This document shows positions 38,517 to 47,626 of a stretch of DNA of 64,000 nt, piece by piece. A program made the translations under genes and the position numbers. The stretch's first letter is position 1. Each line of letters begins with the position of its first letter. The stretch is taken from assembly GCA_964543385.1 (NCBI GenBank), contig CAZIYE010000001.1, positions 127,143 through 191,142 on the forward strand, given 5' to 3'. This DNA comes from an uncultured Candidatus Saccharibacteria bacterium. Its GTDB lineage: Bacteria > Patescibacteriota > UBA1384 > XYA2-FULL-43-10 > 1-14-0-10-43-13. The notes under the pieces were generated by a model. It saw only the letters and a list, made by a program, of their open reading frames with translations, did not search any database and was not told where the DNA came from.

Positions 38517-39542
38517 CTACTCTTTATTTTCTACTTTTCTTAGCTCTGCGTCTATAAATCCACCTATATCACCGCCCAAGACTTCATCCGGATTCTTCGA
38601 TTCAAATCCAGTCCGATGGTCTTTAACTAATTTATATGGATGCAGCACGTATGATCTTATTTGATTCCCCCACTCAGGAGATGCAAAGTTGCCTTTCAAC
38701 TCTTCGACTCTCTCTTTCTGCTGTTCAATCATCAATTGAGCAAGACGGGAACGCAGAACTTTCATCGCCATTTCTTTATTTTGCAATTGGCTTCTCTCAT
38801 TTTGACATATAGAGACAATTCCGGTTGGAATATGAGTTATTCTCACAGCTGAATCAGTAGTATTTACAGATTGACCACCGTGACCACCTGCGCGATATAC
38901 ATCGATTCGCAAATCATTTTGATCAATTACAACTTCTTTCTCTGTTTCGATTTCAGGCAGGACTTGAACAAGAGCGAAAGAAGTCTGACGCAAAGCCTTA
39001 GCATTAAATGGTGATTGTCGGACTAATCGGTGAACTCCGGATTCACCACTTAGTTTGCCATAGGCATAGGGACCATTTACCTCCACCACAGCGCTCTTTA
39101 TCCCTGCTTCAGTACCCTTGGATTGGTCAATGATATTTGTATCGAAATTATTTTGTTCTGCCCAACGCAGATACATTCGAAGAAGCATCTCGGTCCAATC
39201 TTGGGCATCGACACCACCAGCCCCGGCATAAAAGTTTAGAATTGCATTGTGCTGATCAAATTTTCCATTAAAAAAAGTTAGCTTCTCTAATTCGGCGATT
39301 TCGCCGCTCAGTGATTCTAGCTCGCTATCGTTAGCGATTTCTGCAATATCACTTATCTCGTCGAAACGGCTGACCTCGTCTTTTAGATTCTTTAGCTCTT
39401 TATTTCGCTTGTTTGCTCTTACTTCGTCTAACCAGAAATCAGGCTCCATCATCTCGCCTTCTATGCCAATAATCATCTCTTTTTTCTGATCTATGTTGAG
39501 TATTTTTCGCAAATCTTCTATTTTTTGTCTTAGATTTTCCAT
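38517..39542 (-). CDS. prfB: peptide chain release factor 2 (single uninterrupted frame)
   Basis: SPF and GGQ motifs (RQSPFNAK, GGHGGQSVNTTDSAVRITHIPTGIV). The N-terminus is in frame, so no programmed +1 frameshift site is present. Confidence 0.85.
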   Translation of the reverse strand: MENLRQKIEDLRKILNIDQKKEMIIGIEGEMMEPDFWLDEVRANKRNKELKNLKDEVSRFDEISDIAEIANDSELESLSGEIAELEKLTFFNGKFDQHNAILNFYAGAGGVDAQDWTEMLLRMYLRWAEQNNFDTNIIDQSKGTEAGIKSAVVEVNGPYAYGKLSGESGVHRLVRQSPFNAKALRQTSFALVQVLPEIETEKEVVIDQNDLRIDVYRAGGHGGQSVNTTDSAVRITHIPTGIVSICQNERSQLQNKEMAMKVLRSRLAQLMIEQQKERVEELKGNFASPEWGNQIRSYVLHPYKLVKDHRTGFESKNPDEVLGGDIGGFIDAELRKVENKE

Positions 39543-39610
39543 GCCATTATCCTAACACAAAGTAAATATAAAATCACCCCGCGAATGCAGGGTGATTTTA
39601 TTATTAGACT

Positions 39611-41152
39611 TTATTTTTTCAAGAGTGAAAGCATCTTTCTCGACTTAACATAGTAAATCGATAACATACCTGTCAGAGTGAAAAGTAAGCTTAATAGCGG
39701 TGTACTTGGTCCAGTCATTGGCAAAGCTGGAGTGACTGCTATAGGAGTTACAACAATTTTTGTTTTAGCGATATCATTTAAAGTCTGATTATCAAACCGA
39801 AGAGTTGCAGTGTTCACTAGTATTTCTCCAGTTGCGATTCCAGATGATATTTTAACTTTAAATTTGATAATGCCGTCTTCATTTTTGCCCAAAGAACCAA
39901 TTTTGATTCCATCAAAGATAGCCTTGTTACCTAAAGCGGTGCTAACACCATTTCTGATAAGAGAAGCACTGCCATTTACAAATGAAACATTTGCAGGTAA
40001 AACATCGCTTATTGTAATGTTATCAGCTTTTTCACCAGAGTTTGCAAAGAATATCTGATATTCCAGAACATCTCCGGGTTTAGCTTGATTTTCTTTCGAA
40101 AAGCCAGCCTCGTTTATAGTAACGTTTCGAACTGATTTCTCAATTCGCAGCGTTGGTTGACCAGGAATTATCTTGCCGATATTTACAAAAACTAAGTTTC
40201 CATAAATATTTTCCATAATACCATCGAAATGTTTTCCGTCTTGGGTATTTGTAGGCTGAGGATTCTTAACTATTACCTTAAAGGTCCTTACGTTTGTCTC
40301 TCCTGCAACAATTCTAACTGCAGGGTAGCTGATTACACCGTTTGACAAAGTACCACCGATTGAGGCGCTAGTAAAATCTGCCAGCTCTAAGATATCGCTT
40401 ATGTCATCAGTGACAGTGAAGTCAGTTGCTGCATTTCCTGTGTTCTTTGTCGTTAGAGTGTAAAGAACCTCATCACCCGGATTTGCTGAAATATTTACGC
40501 CCTCGGCGCCAGATACTAAATTCTTAGCAATCTTACTCTTTACTATATTTGGTGTAGGCATTTTGATTGTCTTGAATTGAAACAAAACATATCCAATATG
40601 TTCCCAACAACCTCTTACATCACCTATTTTTAATCCACCAGTAGTGAGAAGTTCATCGCCATTCTGGCTAAATAAAAGGTCAGACGGAGGAGTACCAAAA
40701 CTTTTAAAATCTGGAAACCATTGTACTGATCCAGGAATCATAACTACATTTGCATCTGTATCTAGATTGACAGTTAAACTGTCAAAAACAGTAGAGGCGT
40801 TATCTGCGGAAATTGCAGTATTGATAACTATCTTTTTGTTACTTGACACTGAAGGCAAGCTAACTTTGACTCGAGTATCACGAGCTGTGGTATCTACTAC
40901 GCCATTGTGGTAGTAAATAATTGCTGCAAAAGTATCGCCAGCAAGACCATCAACTGGTTTACGCCACGAAACTTCACCTGCAGACTTGTTTGCACCACGT
41001 ATTTGTTGAAGATCATCTTTCAAGTAATTGAACCTTGGACCAGATGCATTTACAGACAAAGCCGGTGCGATTAATTGTGATAGCAATGCAGAAACAAGCG
41101 CTATTCCTAGCACTTTCTTCCACCCTCCAGTGATTTTTTGGATCAAATTCAT
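39611..41152 (-). CDS. LPXTG-anchored cell-surface protein with DUF11-type repeat domains
   Basis: Signal peptide; DUF11-like beta-repeat segments (NTGNAATDFTVTDDIS, ANSGEKADNITISDVLPANVSF); C-terminal LPMTG followed by a hydrophobic segment and a KSRK tail, which is a sortase sorting signal. Confidence 0.6.
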   Translation of the reverse strand: MNLIQKITGGWKKVLGIALVSALLSQLIAPALSVNASGPRFNYLKDDLQQIRGANKSAGEVSWRKPVDGLAGDTFAAIIYYHNGVVDTTARDTRVKVSLPSVSSNKKIVINTAISADNASTVFDSLTVNLDTDANVVMIPGSVQWFPDFKSFGTPPSDLLFSQNGDELLTTGGLKIGDVRGCWEHIGYVLFQFKTIKMPTPNIVKSKIAKNLVSGAEGVNISANPGDEVLYTLTTKNTGNAATDFTVTDDISDILELADFTSASIGGTLSNGVISYPAVRIVAGETNVRTFKVIVKNPQPTNTQDGKHFDGIMENIYGNLVFVNIGKIIPGQPTLRIEKSVRNVTINEAGFSKENQAKPGDVLEYQIFFANSGEKADNITISDVLPANVSFVNGSASLIRNGVSTALGNKAIFDGIKIGSLGKNEDGIIKFKVKISSGIATGEILVNTATLRFDNQTLNDIAKTKIVVTPIAVTPALPMTGPSTPLLSLLFTLTGMLSIYYVKSRKMLSLLKK

Positions 41153-41375
41153 TTTTTTCCTTAATCCTCTAGCTAAAAGCTATCGGCACTTTCATAATTG
41201 TTATTACTTTTTTAAATTTAACTCTCTATATATATTAATAGCCATTATGGTTAGCAATTGCAATGGACTCATCTCCGAAAGTATGAATAAATCATAACTT
41301 CGGGATGAGGGGGTGCGCGCCTTTCAACAGGCACCCCGCTCAAGTTAGTTGCCACCGGGTACGGTGGCGGGCGTC

Positions 41376-42140
41376 CTAATACGGGACGCCAGGTTCGGGA
41401 ATCGGCCCCGCACCAGGCCAATGCCCACAGCTCTGGCTCGTCCCCCCACAAAACGGGCAGCGGAATAGCCATAGCAGGCCAAGCCGCCACTCCATCACCG
41501 GCTCTTTCTGCCAGAATGGCATCCGGTCCGGGGTGAGTCCCGACTTGGCGAAGCAAAGCTTTGATATGATCACTGCTTGCTGTTCGCGGGTTGGGAGCGG
41601 CTTTTGTGCAGCCACCGTTGGCTTATCGAGACTGATCGCCTCGAGGCACCATTGGTCGACAGTGGCAGTTGCCATGACGCCGGTATACGGCAGCTTTTGA
41701 GGGCAAATAATCCGGACATACCAGTCAATACGTGTGAGTAACTGCGTAATGATCTGGTATGCCAGGTCGACTTCTTCAAACGTCCTGCAGAGGTAGATCG
41801 GGGTGTGGATGATGTCCAGTTGGAGCATCAGCACAAGCCCATTCTTCACTGAAGGAGTCATATGTCGACCCTTCTTTGCCCAATAGCAACGGTAACGCTC
41901 GATTTCGGCGTAGTCATACGCCGTTAACGTGCGCTTTTCTGCGACCCGCTGAACGGTAACCTTCACCCAATCGCATTGCTGCGAAGAATAGGTTTGTCCA
42001 TCCGAAGTCCAGGAAGGAACAGTCGGTGCCGGCGTGGTTGCCGACTGAGTGCTTGCTTGCGGCACTCCCGCGTTATTACCCATCTCGGCCATCACCGGCA
42101 AGCCGGCAAGGACGAGAATCAGGGCCATGATCATTTTCAT
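41376..42140 (-). CDS. secreted hypothetical protein on a high-GC island
   Basis: The start was moved to MKMIMALILVLAGLPVMA (a signal peptide) preceded by an AGGAGG RBS. GC is about 55-58%. Confidence 0.4.
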   Translation of the reverse strand: MKMIMALILVLAGLPVMAEMGNNAGVPQASTQSATTPAPTVPSWTSDGQTYSSQQCDWVKVTVQRVAEKRTLTAYDYAEIERYRCYWAKKGRHMTPSVKNGLVLMLQLDIIHTPIYLCRTFEEVDLAYQIITQLLTRIDWYVRIICPQKLPYTGVMATATVDQWCLEAISLDKPTVAAQKPLPTREQQAVIISKLCFAKSGLTPDRMPFWQKEPVMEWRLGLLWLFRCPFCGGTSQSCGHWPGAGPIPEPGVPY

Positions 42141-42151
42141 CTGCACACCTC

Positions 42152-43444
42152 CTAAAGCGGCAGGACGATGACGTTTGAAACGCCAGGGCGGTAAGTGATC
42201 ATCTCTGACCAATTCCGACCATCAGTTGAATATTTCAGATTATATTCATATGACACGAGGTTTCCATTCACACGCTCACCGATGGCAGCATTGTTTATAG
42301 GAATATCCCCAGGAGCATATGGACCGAAGACTCGCCCTTGCGGGTAAGCACGATCATACAATCTAATCCACACCTTCTTTGAAGTGCGGAAGCAGTAGTT
42401 TCCATGGACCACTTCTGTTTGTTTCTGAGTGGTAACGGAAGACGATATGCCGGGTGCCGGCGCTTTGAGATACTCGATGACTTGCACCAGGGTTAACTGG
42501 TGATTGGCAACGAGTTGCCTTAAACGCTGAATCTCGGCCTCGGTTTTACCCGAGTTCCGAGCGACGACTTGAATCGCCTCCCAAACCTTCAAGTCAAAAG
42601 CTTCACAAGCAGCCACACGGGCTTCAAGATTGGCAATTTGGACAAGAAGACTGGAATCATCGTAGGCAGGAACAGAAGTGATGCCTCCACCAGTCAGCCC
42701 AGTACCGGTACTACCCATCGCCTTGTCATTGGCAAGTAAGGTCTCGAAGACGAGCCCGTTACCACCATTGCCAGCGCGACGAAGCAGATCGGTCAAGTAC
42801 TGAACTGAAGGAGCGGAACAGTTGGCAGGCCAACACTCCGTTTTGAAGCGGAGAGTGTCGACCATTGCTGACAGGTTAGTTTTTCCTGCCCACTTGATCT
42901 TGAAGAGGATCAAGTTTATAGCTTTGTCGTTGCGTTTTCCATCCTGGACCAACGCATAGAAACGGAAGCAATGCAGATCAGCACCAACAGCTACCTCAAG
43001 AGGCATCTCTAGGTACCAGCGCCCGCCAGCGTCCCGTTTGAGAACCAGCACACCCGGAGTTGTAAACGACCAGGTATTGGTCCTGCGATCATAGCTATAC
43101 TCGAGCTTTTTCTCTAGCTCGCCTTGTGCAGCGACCATCGCCACCACCGGCATGTCAGCGAGGACGTTAGGGTATACCTTCATGGTTGCCCCAATCCCCA
43201 CAGGAAATGTGCCGAGGTACGAGGTCTCTGCCTCGTCCCATTGCCAGGTGACTGCTTGCGCATAAGTCACCTGCACCTGGACTTTTCCACTGGTAACCTG
43301 CTGCGATGCCTGTTCAGTATAGACCGGACCGTCTAGGACGGCACCAGTTGCACCGAATGGAGCAGCACTTGCTGGCGTGATTGCCAGCGCGCCAACCATT
43401 AAGGTCAGCAATACGAGGCCAATTACGGCCAGCGGGTTACGCAT
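42152..43444 (-). CDS. secreted hypothetical protein on a high-GC island
   Basis: The start was moved to MRNPLAVIGLVLLTLMVGALAITPASA (a signal peptide) with an AGAGGAGGA RBS. GC is about 55-58%. A strong hairpin sits in the 5' leader. Confidence 0.4.
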   Translation of the reverse strand: MRNPLAVIGLVLLTLMVGALAITPASAAPFGATGAVLDGPVYTEQASQQVTSGKVQVQVTYAQAVTWQWDEAETSYLGTFPVGIGATMKVYPNVLADMPVVAMVAAQGELEKKLEYSYDRRTNTWSFTTPGVLVLKRDAGGRWYLEMPLEVAVGADLHCFRFYALVQDGKRNDKAINLILFKIKWAGKTNLSAMVDTLRFKTECWPANCSAPSVQYLTDLLRRAGNGGNGLVFETLLANDKAMGSTGTGLTGGGITSVPAYDDSSLLVQIANLEARVAACEAFDLKVWEAIQVVARNSGKTEAEIQRLRQLVANHQLTLVQVIEYLKAPAPGISSSVTTQKQTEVVHGNYCFRTSKKVWIRLYDRAYPQGRVFGPYAPGDIPINNAAIGERVNGNLVSYEYNLKYSTDGRNWSEMITYRPGVSNVIVLPL

Positions 43445-44126
43445 CTGCGTTCCTCCTCTTTCATTTTTGGGGTACCTCTCGCCACCAGGCGAGGAGGTAC
43501 CTGATTGCAAGAAAATTGAGACGATTGGATTGCTCCGATTTCGTCTGCAAGGAAGTATTATTTATTCGAGATCAATTGATAGCTTTTATCTGCCTACTTC
43601 TAGCTATCACTCGAAGAATAAATTCTTCTATTGCAGCTGAAATTGCTTCTAAACATTTTCACTGATTTTTATTCTATTTGATTTTTAATTGCCATTTTTT
43701 AGCAATTCATAAATTATCTATAGTTGAAATAATTTATTTTTGTGAGATTTTATATATTTTACAATTTTTAAATATACTATTGTGACTTCAATCGCCTTTT
43801 GCTTTCTTAAATCCAACCAGGAAGAAGGCGAGAAGTGATAGAAGCTAACATGGCCAGGTCCACTTATTTTAAGGAACCTCTCTGCCGGTTAGCCGGAATG
43901 CCTATCACCCTAATACCCCTAAATCCCAGTCGGATTTAAGAAAACAAAAAAGGATCGTCAGCGATATATTTGGCACTTAAAGACCAATGATCGCCGCCCC
44001 ATCCTTTTGTCCACCGCACATAGTATTCCTAAGTGTGGTAGTAATTAACCCCTTGTTAGCTTAGCGCTAACTTAACTACTGACAAATTTTAGCACCTTTG
44101 CTTGACTTTGTCAATAGTTTATGGCC

Positions 44127-45098
44127 TTATAATTGGTCCACGACCCGACTGACGTCTCGTAAATCAACAATAGAAACTGCCTCTTTGCGCAGTTCCTTAG
44201 CTCCAGGAAACCCTTTCAAATAAGAGAGAAGGTGTTTTCTAAACTCTACAATGCCAAGCTCTCCTTTCGTCTCAAAGGCAAGCTTGGCATGGAGAGGGAT
44301 TATTGTCTTTAATTCATCTAGTTCGATCTCATCTCGAGAAAATATCCAGGGCCTACCAAAAGTAGCTTGCCCGATCGCACAACCATCTATTTGAACACCA
44401 AATTTTGAGTATTGAACATCAGAGATTGATCTGAGACTACCGTTTCCAATCACAGTAAGATTGGGCAACATTTTCTTGACCTCATAAATATTATCCCAAT
44501 CAGCATTGCCTGAAAATCCCTGCTTGTATGTTCGTCCATGCACTATGAGAGCGTCAATTCCGGCGTTCACCAAAACCGGCGCGAATTCGAGTATTTGATC
44601 TTGATTATCCCAACCAAGCCTTGTTTTCACCGAAACTGGTAAATTAGTATTATTCTTGACAGCCGCAACTATTTCTGCCGCTAATTTTGGGTATTTCATC
44701 AAAGCCGCACCGTGATCGCTACCAACAACTTTTCTAGCAGGACAACCCATATTTATATCAATTCCGTCTGGTTTGAGATTTTTTGTGATCCAACTAGAAG
44801 CAAAGGCAAACTTTTCCGGAAATTTGCCAAATAGTTGAATAGCAATCGGACGCTCTTTTTCAACAAACTTTAGCATTTCCAAGGTCTCATCTCTCCCCTT
44901 CTTCGATTGCCAGATTCCTGCCTCATCCTTAAACCAGTTTTTTGCATGATAGAAGATTGCATCGGCCGAAACCAACTCCGTTATTACAACGTCAGCACCA
45001 AAGCTACGACAAAGAGTACGAAAAGCAGAGTCAGTGTATCCTGCCATCGGTGCTAGAACTTTTATTGGTCTATTTAGTTCTTTCCAAAAGTTAGCCAT
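44127..45098 (-). CDS. tRNA-dihydrouridine synthase
   Basis: LAPMAGYTDSAFR and a TIM-barrel FMN site (DINMGCP). Confidence 0.8.
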   Translation of the reverse strand: MANFWKELNRPIKVLAPMAGYTDSAFRTLCRSFGADVVITELVSADAIFYHAKNWFKDEAGIWQSKKGRDETLEMLKFVEKERPIAIQLFGKFPEKFAFASSWITKNLKPDGIDINMGCPARKVVGSDHGAALMKYPKLAAEIVAAVKNNTNLPVSVKTRLGWDNQDQILEFAPVLVNAGIDALIVHGRTYKQGFSGNADWDNIYEVKKMLPNLTVIGNGSLRSISDVQYSKFGVQIDGCAIGQATFGRPWIFSRDEIELDELKTIIPLHAKLAFETKGELGIVEFRKHLLSYLKGFPGAKELRKEAVSIVDLRDVSRVVDQL

Positions 45099-46449
45099 TT
45101 ATCTTCTCTAACTTATACTCATTGGCACCAAGATCTTCTATTTGCCAGCCCAGTGAATTAATTTCAGATCTTAGATCATCTGATGCCTTGAAATCTTTAT
45201 TTTCTCTCGCCGTCTTCCTTTGCTGTGCTAATTTGGCAATTTCAGCCGGTATACTAACGACTCTTTCGGTTCCTAGATTTAATCCCAAAACAGCATCCAT
45301 TAGAATAGCAGTTACCCTCTTATCTTCGCCTGAAATATTTTCATCCCTAAGTAATGACCACAGAACAGCTAAAGCTTCTGAGATACTAAGATCATTTGAT
45401 ATCTTTTCTTTGAATAGATCTATATGTTCTTGGGATACTTTGCCATTTTCTTTTGGCAAGTCATCAATGATTCTAACCAATCTTTCTCTTGTGTTCTTTG
45501 CTGACTCCAAGCCCTCCCAAGTGAAATTCAATTTGCTGCGATAGTGAGCACCGATAACAAGATAACGAAAATCAAGTGGTGAAAAACCTTTCTCCTCCAA
45601 ATCCGATAATCGGTAAAAATTACCAAGACTCTTTGACATTTTCTTGCCATCCACTAAAAGGTGTTCATTGTGAACCCAATAATTAACAAATTTCTTTCCA
45701 CTTCTAGCCTCCGACTGAGCAATTTCATTCTCATGATGAGGGAAAATATTATCTACGCCCCCAGTATGAATATCTATCGTCTCGCCAAGCTTGTCCATCG
45801 ACATTGCTGAACACTCTATGTGCCATCCTGGTCTGCCCTTGCCAAGTGACGTTTCCCAGAAAATATCACCATCATTTTCGTCCCAAGCTTTCCAGAGCGC
45901 AAAGTCGGAAGGATTCTCTTTATCATATTCATCTTGCGCTACTCTAGCCCCAACTTTTATCTCCCTGTTTTCAAGTCCCGATAATTTACCATAATTTTTG
46001 AACTTAGATATTGAGAAATAGATAGAGCCGTCATTGGCCTTATAAGCGAAGCCCTTTTGAAGTAGATCTTCTATAAAGCTGACCATTTTTTCAATATATT
46101 GGGTCGCCCTAGTAATATTTTCAGACGATGGTTTCTCAATATTTAATTTATCCAGATCAGCAAAAAAAGACTCCTCGTACATTTTCGTCAGTTCGTCGAA
46201 CTTTTTATGGTCTCCTCCTGATCGGTTAATTGTCTTATCGTCAACATCAGTAATATTCATCACTCTTCTAACATCAAAATTGTTGAATTTTAGTGTTCGA
46301 TAGAGCAAATCGTCACAGATATATTTTCTTAGATTTCCAATATGAGCCACATCATAAACAGTTGGTCCACAAGTGTAGATTCCAACTTTTTGATCTCCTA
46401 TCGATTTGAATTCCTCTATCTGTTTTGTAAGCGTATTATAAATCTTCAT
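45091..46449 (-). CDS. cysS: cysteinyl-tRNA synthetase
   Basis: HIGN(LR) as the HIGH motif, KMSKS, and a zinc-binding Cys (TCGPTVYD). Confidence 0.9.
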   Translation of the reverse strand: MKIYNTLTKQIEEFKSIGDQKVGIYTCGPTVYDVAHIGNLRKYICDDLLYRTLKFNNFDVRRVMNITDVDDKTINRSGGDHKKFDELTKMYEESFFADLDKLNIEKPSSENITRATQYIEKMVSFIEDLLQKGFAYKANDGSIYFSISKFKNYGKLSGLENREIKVGARVAQDEYDKENPSDFALWKAWDENDGDIFWETSLGKGRPGWHIECSAMSMDKLGETIDIHTGGVDNIFPHHENEIAQSEARSGKKFVNYWVHNEHLLVDGKKMSKSLGNFYRLSDLEEKGFSPLDFRYLVIGAHYRSKLNFTWEGLESAKNTRERLVRIIDDLPKENGKVSQEHIDLFKEKISNDLSISEALAVLWSLLRDENISGEDKRVTAILMDAVLGLNLGTERVVSIPAEIAKLAQQRKTARENKDFKASDDLRSEINSLGWQIEDLGANEYKLEKING

Positions 46450-46581
46450 CGCTGTGTTTCTCCTATTTTTAATCTCATGCTAGCACATCGGCTCAACATT
46501 TTAAATGATTAATTAAAAAATGCTATCCATATTGTCGGATAACATCTCTTAATAATTGGGATACTAGAGTTTTAAATATTT

Positions 46582-46809
46582 TTATATCCCTGCAGGTTCG
46601 TCTGAATACCAGGATATATCTTCAGGATCATCATTGAAATCGCTAGCCATAGGAATGGGTGCTCCACCATCTTCAGAATCATCATTTGCCGAATAGTAAT
46701 CTTCTCCCTTTATTTTTTCAAGTTGCAAACCACACAATGGACATTCGCCGCTGTCAAAATTTGTATAACTGCAATCAACATCAGGACAATTGTACTTCTC
46801 TTCCTTCAT
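46582..46809 (-). CDS. small acidic zinc-ribbon-like protein
   Basis: CPDVDC ... CPLC spacing; acidic C-terminus. Confidence 0.35.
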   Translation of the reverse strand: MKEEKYNCPDVDCSYTNFDSGECPLCGLQLEKIKGEDYYSANDDSEDGGAPIPMASDFNDDPEDISWYSDEPAGI

Positions 46810-46964
46810 TTAGAGCCTCTTTTTTTGTTTTAATTTTTTAATAACTGAATTGGATTGTAACGGCCAACATTTATAATTGTCAACAAATAGTTATCCCCAG
46901 CCAAGCAATTAGCATTTTTTTATAGTTCAGTAAAAGGTTTTTTATAAAATTAATAATTTTATTT

Positions 46965-47570
46965 TTAGTATTCTCGTCTGCCCTCAAGCGAACGTTTTAG
47001 CGTCACCTCGTCTGCATACTCTAGATCTCCACCCACTGGTAAACCTCTTGCTATCCGAGTAACTTTGACTGGCAAATTTAACTCTTGAATTTTCCCTCTG
47101 ATGTATGTAGCTGTGGCTTCTCCTTCAAGATTTGGATTGGTAGCTAATATTACTTCGCTCGGGTCATCATTGCTGACACGGTCGATTAACTGGGCAATTC
47201 TCAATTCATCTGGCCCTATGCCGTTTATAGGAGATATCACTCCACCCAACACGTGATATAAGCTAGAAAGGCCATATGATCTCTCCAGGGCTATGACATC
47301 AAGCGGTTCTTCCACAACGGTTATTATTGTTTTGTCCCTTTTGTCATCAGAGCAAATTAGACATGTTTCTGTCTCAGAAATATTAAAACACTTATTACAA
47401 TAAGTTAGATTTGATGCCAATTCCAAAACACTCTTTCCGAGCGTGTTAATATCGGCCTTAGATTTTGTCAGCAGATAAAAAACCAGCCTGGCGGCAGTTT
47501 TTGGTCCAACTCCTGGTAGTTTAGAAAATTCATCAATTAAATTTTGGACTGATCTAGGTAGCATTTGCAT
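46965..47570 (-). CDS. recR: recombination protein RecR
   Basis: HhH at the N-terminus, a C4 zinc finger (CNKCFN...CLIC) and a Toprim domain. Confidence 0.9.
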   Translation of the reverse strand: MQMLPRSVQNLIDEFSKLPGVGPKTAARLVFYLLTKSKADINTLGKSVLELASNLTYCNKCFNISETETCLICSDDKRDKTIITVVEEPLDVIALERSYGLSSLYHVLGGVISPINGIGPDELRIAQLIDRVSNDDPSEVILATNPNLEGEATATYIRGKIQELNLPVKVTRIARGLPVGGDLEYADEVTLKRSLEGRREY

Positions 47571-47626
47571 AAAAACTGTCGACTGACAACTGTCGACAGC
47601 CCCATTATTTTAATAACAATTGTCTT

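Noticed and set aside
38517-39542. RF2 (prfB) is encoded in a single frame without the programmed +1 frameshift site.
   Set aside because: A substantial fraction of bacteria lack the prfB frameshift. The SPF and GGQ motifs are intact, so this is not unusual enough to report as a finding.
41269-41556. 95-aa minus-strand ORF (Pro/Trp/Gly-rich) overlapping the end of the 41376..42140 gene.
   Set aside because: It is an overlapping ORF in 58% GC DNA, where random long ORFs are frequent. It has no RBS or signal. It is probably non-coding.
43560-44126. Possible -35/-10 (TTGACT ... TATAAT) on the plus strand at about 44100..44131.
   Set aside because: The spacer is about 20 nt, which is too long. 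It would also fire antisense into dus, so it is not credible as a promoter without expression data.
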